Positions 27,147 through 32,000 of a stretch of DNA of 32,000 nt are shown here, piece by piece; position 1 is the first letter of the stretch, and every line of letters starts with the position of its first letter. A model generated the notes under the pieces. It was not told the DNA's origin and did no database searches. It saw nothing but the letters and a program-made list of their open reading frames with translations. The translations under genes and the position numbers were made by a program. This DNA is from Desulfocapsa sulfexigens DSM 10523 (GTDB lineage Bacteria; Desulfobacterota; Desulfobulbia; Desulfobulbales; Desulfocapsaceae), in assembly GCF_000341395.1 (NCBI RefSeq), contig NC_020304.1, positions 3,720,001 to 3,752,000 on the forward strand. Reading direction: 5' to 3'.

Positions 27147-30100
27147 TTGAAGATCCTGCGTATTCGCTTCCAAAACCTCAACTCTCTCAATGGAATATGG
27201 GAAATTGATTTCAGCGCACCTGCCTACTCGGAAAATAGTCTCTTTGCCATTATCGGCCCCACTGGTGCTGGAAAATCCACTCTACTCGATGCCCTCTGCC
27301 TTGCCCTTTACGGCGCAACTCCCCGTCTCGGGAAAATTACCAAGACCTCCAATCAGATAATGAGCCGCCACACTGGCGTTTGTTTTGCTGAAGTTGAATT
27401 CTCAACTATCAGAGGCAGGTTTCGCTGTCACTGGTCCCAGCATCGATCACGCCAGAAAAGTCATGGTGAACTCCAGCAACCAAAACATGAGATCACAGAT
27501 GCCTCAAATAACGTTCTTCTTGAAAGCAGAATACGTAACGTGGCAAGTAAGATCGAAGAAGTAACGGGAATGGACTTTGACCGTTTCACCCGTTCCACCC
27601 TTCTTGCCCAGGGAGGGTTTGCAGCATTTCTCCAGGCATCCGCTGACCAACGCGCCCCCATACTCGAACAGATCACCGGTACTGAAATTTATTCCCGTCT
27701 GTCAATCAAGGTTCATGAACTGCGCCTGTCTGAACTCAACAGACTCCATGAACTCGAACAAAGCCTTTCTCATATAAATCTTTTGAGCTCTGAAGATGAG
27801 GAGCAGCTTCAAAAACGTATCCGAGAAAAAAACACCGCTGCTGAAAAGATCAAAATGCAGGTTACAAACCTGCGAACACAACTCAGCCGAGCCAGGCACA
27901 TTGCTAAACTTGAAACAGACCACGCAGCATATGTGACAGAACTGGAAGCCCTGTATACCAAAAAAAAAGAGCACGCCGAACTGCTGGACACTCTCGGTCC
28001 AGCACTTGCAGCCAGGGAAATTGAGCCCTTGTATCAGGCTGTGGAGAAGCTTATTACCAGCCAGAAAGAAGCTGCAAAGGAAAATGACCTTCTGGCGGAA
28101 AAACGGAAAAACCTTGAAGAGACAAAGCAAAAAACCATCCTGGCAATAAACGAAGCAGAAAAATCCCTACAACAGGCAGAGGCATCAAGAAAAACAGGCC
28201 TTGAACAGATACGAGCTGTCGAGAAAATTGATCATTTAATTCAGAACATCAGAAATAGCCTTCAGGAACAGACAGACAACCTCAACGTCCAGCGTAAACG
28301 GCATACAAAAGAACTCTCCACTCTGAAGACACTGGAACAAAATCTTCTTCAAGCTGAAAACGAGAAAAATGCTCTGGAAACCTTCTTCACCGGACAGGCA
28401 AAGGATGAAAAACTGCTCGAGGAATTTGCAGCCATTGAACTAAGTGTTCAAAGAGTAAGCGAGCTTTACCTTGATCTGGAAAACATGAGTAAAGCAAAGA
28501 TTGCAGCAAAACTTGCCGTAGGGAACAAAGAACAGATACTGAGAGATCTTCACACAAAAAAAGTTGCTATCCAGTCACATCTTCTTACAGCAAGCGCCAG
28601 GCACGACGAGATCCAAAAGAACATTGCAGATATTCTTCAGGGCAGTGAATTTAACGACCTGCAACAGAAACTCTTCACAACCCAAACCCGTCAAAAAAGT
28701 TTCCAGGAACTGACCCTTTTCCTGGAACAGCTTGACAGCCTTACAAAACAACTCACTCGATCCAATGAACAGCTTCTTACCCTGGCGACTGAGAGCAAGG
28801 AACGGAAAGGTAAACTCTCGGAAGAAAATAGAAAAAGGGCTGGTAAGGCACAGGAAGTCGAGCTTCTTGAAAAGAATCTGCTTCTCCTCGCAAGAATCCA
28901 AACGCTAGAACAAGACAGGCTGCAGCTAAAAGACAATGTCCCCTGTCCTCTCTGCGGCTCAAAAACCCACCCATACCACCATGGTAATGTCCCAAGCCCT
29001 TCTGAGGAAGAAAAGAAACTGCGGTTTGCAGAGCAGGAACTGCAAGTGCTTCTCGAGCAGATTGAAAAGCTCAAGCATCAGGAGATTATTGCTGCTGAGA
29101 GGAAGTCATCTCTTGCAGAGCAGATAAAGAAAACAGAAACTGAGAAAACGCTTGCCACCAAGGCTGCTGAAGGGCTTCTTTCAGATCTGGAGTTACCACC
29201 TTTAGCAGAAATTCATCTGGAACGTCTGCAACAGGAGTCTCTTCAGCTCAATGAAGACCGGAAAAAGCTATTTGCGGATAGAGAACTGCTTGAAAAATTG
29301 AACAAAAAAATTGGTTCAATTTCCACTAGAAAGGAAGAATTCAGGGTAACACTCCAGGCACTTGAAAAAGATATTCTTACCGCAGAACATACTCTCACCT
29401 CTGCTCAAACAGAATTGAGGAAGCTGTTACAGGAGGAAGAAACACTTTCTGCATCCCTCATCACACTGAGTGATACTCTTAGACAAAAACTCCAGGTATA
29501 TGGAGATTTCGTGGTCGAAAGGAAGCATCTCTCTAAAATCCTTATAGAACTTGGTCAAAGAATTACTTTGTGGAAAACCAGAAAAAATGAAGAAAGAAAT
29601 CTCGCCCCAAAACTCCTCAGTCTTCATTCAGAATGTGGTCACCAAAAAACTCTCTGCACGGAAAGAGAAAAACAGATAACCGATCAGGACGCTCTCTGCT
29701 CGGTAACTCGAAAACAACTCAGTGATTTTCAGCAACAACGCCTTACCCTCTTTGGTGAAAAGAATACCACAGAAGAGGAAGAGCGTCTCGAACAGGCTGT
29801 TATCAACAGGAGAAAGATTCACAGCCAGTTACAGGTCAAATCCGGCGATATTCACAGGAAAATCACCGCTGTTATGACATTACAGGATCGACTGCAGCAG
29901 GATGTCATTAGAATGGAAACAGATATAACAACGCAGCAGCAGCTTTTTCTCACAGCTTTGACAAAATCCTCCTTTTCCAACACTGAAGAATTCATTGCAG
30001 CAAGACGATCGCCTCAGGAACTGCTGCAGGTACAGAATCTACAAAGAAAACTGCAGGAAAAAGAAACAGAACTGACAACTCTGATTAAAGAAAAGTTAAG

Positions 30101-30821
30101 CAGCCTGCAAGTCGAAAAGGAAAAGCATCTCTGCCGGGAAACTGCCGCAGAAATAGAACCACTGCTTATGGAGAGTGAAAAACAGCTGGAAACGCTTCAG
30201 GAGGAATCAGTAACTGCAAAAGAACAGCTCAAGAGAAACAGCCTGGATAAGGGAAAATCCGCTACACAGCTGATAGCTATCGCGACACAGAAGAAAAAGG
30301 TGAGCAGTTGGAACACTCTTCATATGCTTATCGGATCTGCCGATGGAAAAAAATTCAGAAATTTTGCACAGGGCCTCACCTTTGAGCTGATGGTTCATCA
30401 TGCAAATAATCATCTTCGGAAAATGAGTGACAGATACATTCTGACCAGAGACAGCATCCATCCGCTTGACCTCAATGTCATCGATACTTATCAGGCAGAT
30501 GAGGTTCGTTCGACCAAAAATCTATCTGGCGGTGAATCCTTTCTAGTCAGCCTGGCCCTTTCACTGGGACTATCCAAAATGGCATCCCATAATGTCAGGG
30601 TTGATTCTCTGTTTCTTGACGAAGGATTTGGAACACTGGATGAAGATGCACTGGAATCGGCCCTTGAAACACTGGCTCAGTTGCGTGACGAGAACAAGCT
30701 TATTGGAATTATCTCCCATGTGGGCGCATTAAAAGAACGTATTCCCCTGCAGATAGAAATCATTCCGGGAAGCAGGGGAAAGAGCACCATTAGTGGGCCG
30801 GGTGTCTCACGGGGGGTCTAA
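27147..30821 (+). CDS. sbcC: Exonuclease SbcCD, ATPase subunit C (Rad50-like)
   Basis: Walker A GPTGAGKST, a very long coiled coil with zinc hook CPLCGS, signature LSGGESF and Walker B LFLDEGFGTLD. I prefer TTG 27147 (product LKILRIRFQNLNSL..) because the ATG at 27117 overlaps sbcD by 26 nt. Either start is possible. Confidence 0.9.
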   Translation: MKILRIRFQNLNSLNGIWEIDFSAPAYSENSLFAIIGPTGAGKSTLLDALCLALYGATPRLGKITKTSNQIMSRHTGVCFAEVEFSTIRGRFRCHWSQHRSRQKSHGELQQPKHEITDASNNVLLESRIRNVASKIEEVTGMDFDRFTRSTLLAQGGFAAFLQASADQRAPILEQITGTEIYSRLSIKVHELRLSELNRLHELEQSLSHINLLSSEDEEQLQKRIREKNTAAEKIKMQVTNLRTQLSRARHIAKLETDHAAYVTELEALYTKKKEHAELLDTLGPALAAREIEPLYQAVEKLITSQKEAAKENDLLAEKRKNLEETKQKTILAINEAEKSLQQAEASRKTGLEQIRAVEKIDHLIQNIRNSLQEQTDNLNVQRKRHTKELSTLKTLEQNLLQAENEKNALETFFTGQAKDEKLLEEFAAIELSVQRVSELYLDLENMSKAKIAAKLAVGNKEQILRDLHTKKVAIQSHLLTASARHDEIQKNIADILQGSEFNDLQQKLFTTQTRQKSFQELTLFLEQLDSLTKQLTRSNEQLLTLATESKERKGKLSEENRKRAGKAQEVELLEKNLLLLARIQTLEQDRLQLKDNVPCPLCGSKTHPYHHGNVPSPSEEEKKLRFAEQELQVLLEQIEKLKHQEIIAAERKSSLAEQIKKTETEKTLATKAAEGLLSDLELPPLAEIHLERLQQESLQLNEDRKKLFADRELLEKLNKKIGSISTRKEEFRVTLQALEKDILTAEHTLTSAQTELRKLLQEEETLSASLITLSDTLRQKLQVYGDFVVERKHLSKILIELGQRITLWKTRKNEERNLAPKLLSLHSECGHQKTLCTEREKQITDQDALCSVTRKQLSDFQQQRLTLFGEKNTTEEEERLEQAVINRRKIHSQLQVKSGDIHRKITAVMTLQDRLQQDVIRMETDITTQQQLFLTALTKSSFSNTEEFIAARRSPQELLQVQNLQRKLQEKETELTTLIKEKLSSLQVEKEKHLCRETAAEIEPLLMESEKQLETLQEESVTAKEQLKRNSLDKGKSATQLIAIATQKKKVSSWNTLHMLIGSADGKKFRNFAQGLTFELMVHHANNHLRKMSDRYILTRDSIHPLDLNVIDTYQADEVRSTKNLSGGESFLVSLALSLGLSKMASHNVRVDSLFLDEGFGTLDEDALESALETLAQLRDENKLIGIISHVGALKERIPLQIEIIPGSRGKSTISGPGVSRGV

Positions 30822-31102
30822 TGGGCTGCTGCAGAAAACTTATAAACCACTATTCCTCATCCAGGCGTGGCGTCTTCTGCCTTCGATGGGTTTTGCCATT
30901 ACAGATTTTAGCCGTTGGCAGCCTTGTGACACATCTTCTCTATAAGATTTTTTTCAAGCCTCCAGCCTATTCATCTATCATCACTGTTGCTCACATCTTT
31001 TTCGCTTTTATGATTCTTGCCGAATGCCGCAGAAGCATTCGGTATCACAGTGCTCTCAAGGAACTGGAAGCGCTCGAGGAGAGAAGAAGAGCATTACGAT
31101 AA
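30821..31102 (+). CDS. Small hypothetical membrane protein, start overlapping the sbcC stop (TAATG)
   Basis: 93-aa ORF with one or two hydrophobic segments (..SSIITVAHIFFAFMILA..) and a charged C-terminus. I recognise no family, so coding status is uncertain. Confidence 0.35.
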   Translation: MGCCRKLINHYSSSRRGVFCLRWVLPLQILAVGSLVTHLLYKIFFKPPAYSSIITVAHIFFAFMILAECRRSIRYHSALKELEALEERRRALR

Positions 31103-31160
31103 AATCAATCGTTTGCATAATGTAGAGATTGAACGAAAGGGCAATTTTTCAAGCAAGCCT

Positions 31161-31517
31161 TTAGATATCAGCCGGCTTCTCATCCAACTCCTTTCCGATT
31201 CGCCAGGCATCAATAACCGATGCCAGCCAGCAGCAGAACATAATAAAAAACGATATTTTCAAAAATACTGAAGAGGCAGTTGTTGAAGCTTCTGCGACAA
31301 TACCCATCACCCTTGGTATGGTAGCCACCTCTCCCGCAGCAACAATATCCTGCAACATAACAACAGCTTGACGAACAACAGCGGTAACACAGAGAATCCC
31401 ACTGATGAAAGCAAGGACGAAAAAGACGGCTCCGCGACGGTACCTTGAGAGAATAATCTGTCCTGCTCCGGGAAAAATAAGAGCAGAAAAGAGTACTCCT
31501 TTAATTACATTACTCAT
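31161..31517 (-). CDS. Small integral membrane protein, hypothetical
   Basis: ATG at 31517 is preceded by AAGGA at about 8 nt spacing. The product MSNVIKGVLFSALIFPGAGQIILSRYRRGAVFFVLAFISG.. has 3 predicted TM segments. The longer start at 31577 has no obvious RBS. Confidence 0.55.
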   Translation of the reverse strand: MSNVIKGVLFSALIFPGAGQIILSRYRRGAVFFVLAFISGILCVTAVVRQAVVMLQDIVAAGEVATIPRVMGIVAEASTTASSVFLKISFFIMFCCWLASVIDAWRIGKELDEKPADI

Positions 31518-31709
31518 GAATTTAGTCCTTCTAAAATATTGGCTTCCAGGAACTTCTGAAAGAGTCTCGGCACACACAGCAACAGGAAAAACCCTTGTAT
31601 TTCCAACTTGCTATTTCATATTTTGTATTATACCCTTAACCATAAATGTTTTGTTCACTTTTTATTGAGAACATAGCCAATCAAAACAGATGCCACCAAG
31701 TAATACCAT

Positions 31710-32000
31710 ATGACACACCAAGATCCACCTATATTTATTACCTTTGGAAACCGCAAAGGAGGAGTCGGCAAGACAACCTCTGTTATCAATCTTGCAAGTT
31801 ACCTGGCAATCCTTGGAAAAAAAATTCTGATCGTCGATACAGATCCTCAGTCTAACTGTTCCTCTGTTCTACTCAAAAATCTGGACGACAGAAACAAACA
31901 CTCTCTTATTAAGGCACTTGAAGCTCCAGAAGGAGAAGGGTTGCTCTCTCGATTTGCCTGCGAAACACATCATCCCAATTTACAAATCATTCCGAATACA
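31710..32000 (+). CDS. ParA/Soj-family ATPase (3' partial, runs off the window)
   Basis: MTHQDPPIFITFGNRKGGVGKTTSVINLASYLAILGKKILIVDTDPQSN.. shows the deviant Walker A KGGVGKT and the DxDPQ motif. The frame stays open to the window end. Confidence 0.85.
   Translation, partial: MTHQDPPIFITFGNRKGGVGKTTSVINLASYLAILGKKILIVDTDPQSNCSSVLLKNLDDRNKHSLIKALEAPEGEGLLSRFACETHHPNLQIIPNT

Noticed and set aside
25925-30821. sbcD-sbcC as a novel defence or anti-phage nuclease system.
   Set aside because: Both proteins have the full canonical Mre11/Rad50 motif sets (phosphoesterase motifs; Walker A/B, LSGGE, CxxC zinc hook) and normal sizes. No extra defence-type genes are present. This is the housekeeping SbcCD.

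Overview
The window reads as a core-chromosome segment, almost entirely on the + strand, with deltaproteobacterial-type gene order (Desulfobulbales/Geobacter-like; this is inference from synteny, no database was searched). Gene content in order: pheS (5' partial)-pheT-ihfA-merR, then tRNA-Pro(GGG) with its own promoter and terminator. Next come two tiny zinc-ribbon proteins and an orphan MinD/ParA-type ATPase. The ffh-rpsP-KH-rimM-trmD-(SPOUT-like)-rplS-rnhB-yraN block follows, then pdxA-tmk, a TPR lipoprotein and a LolB-like lipoprotein. The first of only two minus-strand genes is a tandem-AMIN protein; the second is a small membrane protein near the right edge. After the AMIN protein come a fused B12/radical-SAM plus DUF2344-type protein, a stand-alone TrpB2-like PLP enzyme, a PBP4-family DD-peptidase, a triple-rhodanese lipoprotein, a DUF342/FapA-like protein and sbcD-sbcC. 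The window ends with two small membrane proteins and the 5' end of a ParA-family gene. I saw no rRNA, CRISPR array, transposase, integrase or recognisable defence island. The most interesting signal is recoding, not a new gene cluster. The two ORFs 22484..23062 and 23066..23806 are in the same frame and are separated by a single TGA that falls inside the active-site loop of a rhodanese domain (FYCGGPT-UGA-GMS). A GC-rich mini-hairpin with a GGUCU loop lies about 20 nt downstream of that TGA. This fits a selenocysteine-containing exported rhodanese lipoprotein that gene callers would split in two. The unit appears monocistronic, with a sigma-54-type promoter match and a strong terminator. The second notable item is a yraN (UPF0102) gene interrupted by a 1-nt frame change at an A8 run that is also an A_AAA_AAA slippery heptamer. 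All other findings are lower-interest context observations. Everything here comes from reading the sequence and ORF translations by eye; homology statements rest on remembered family motifs and need confirmation by search.
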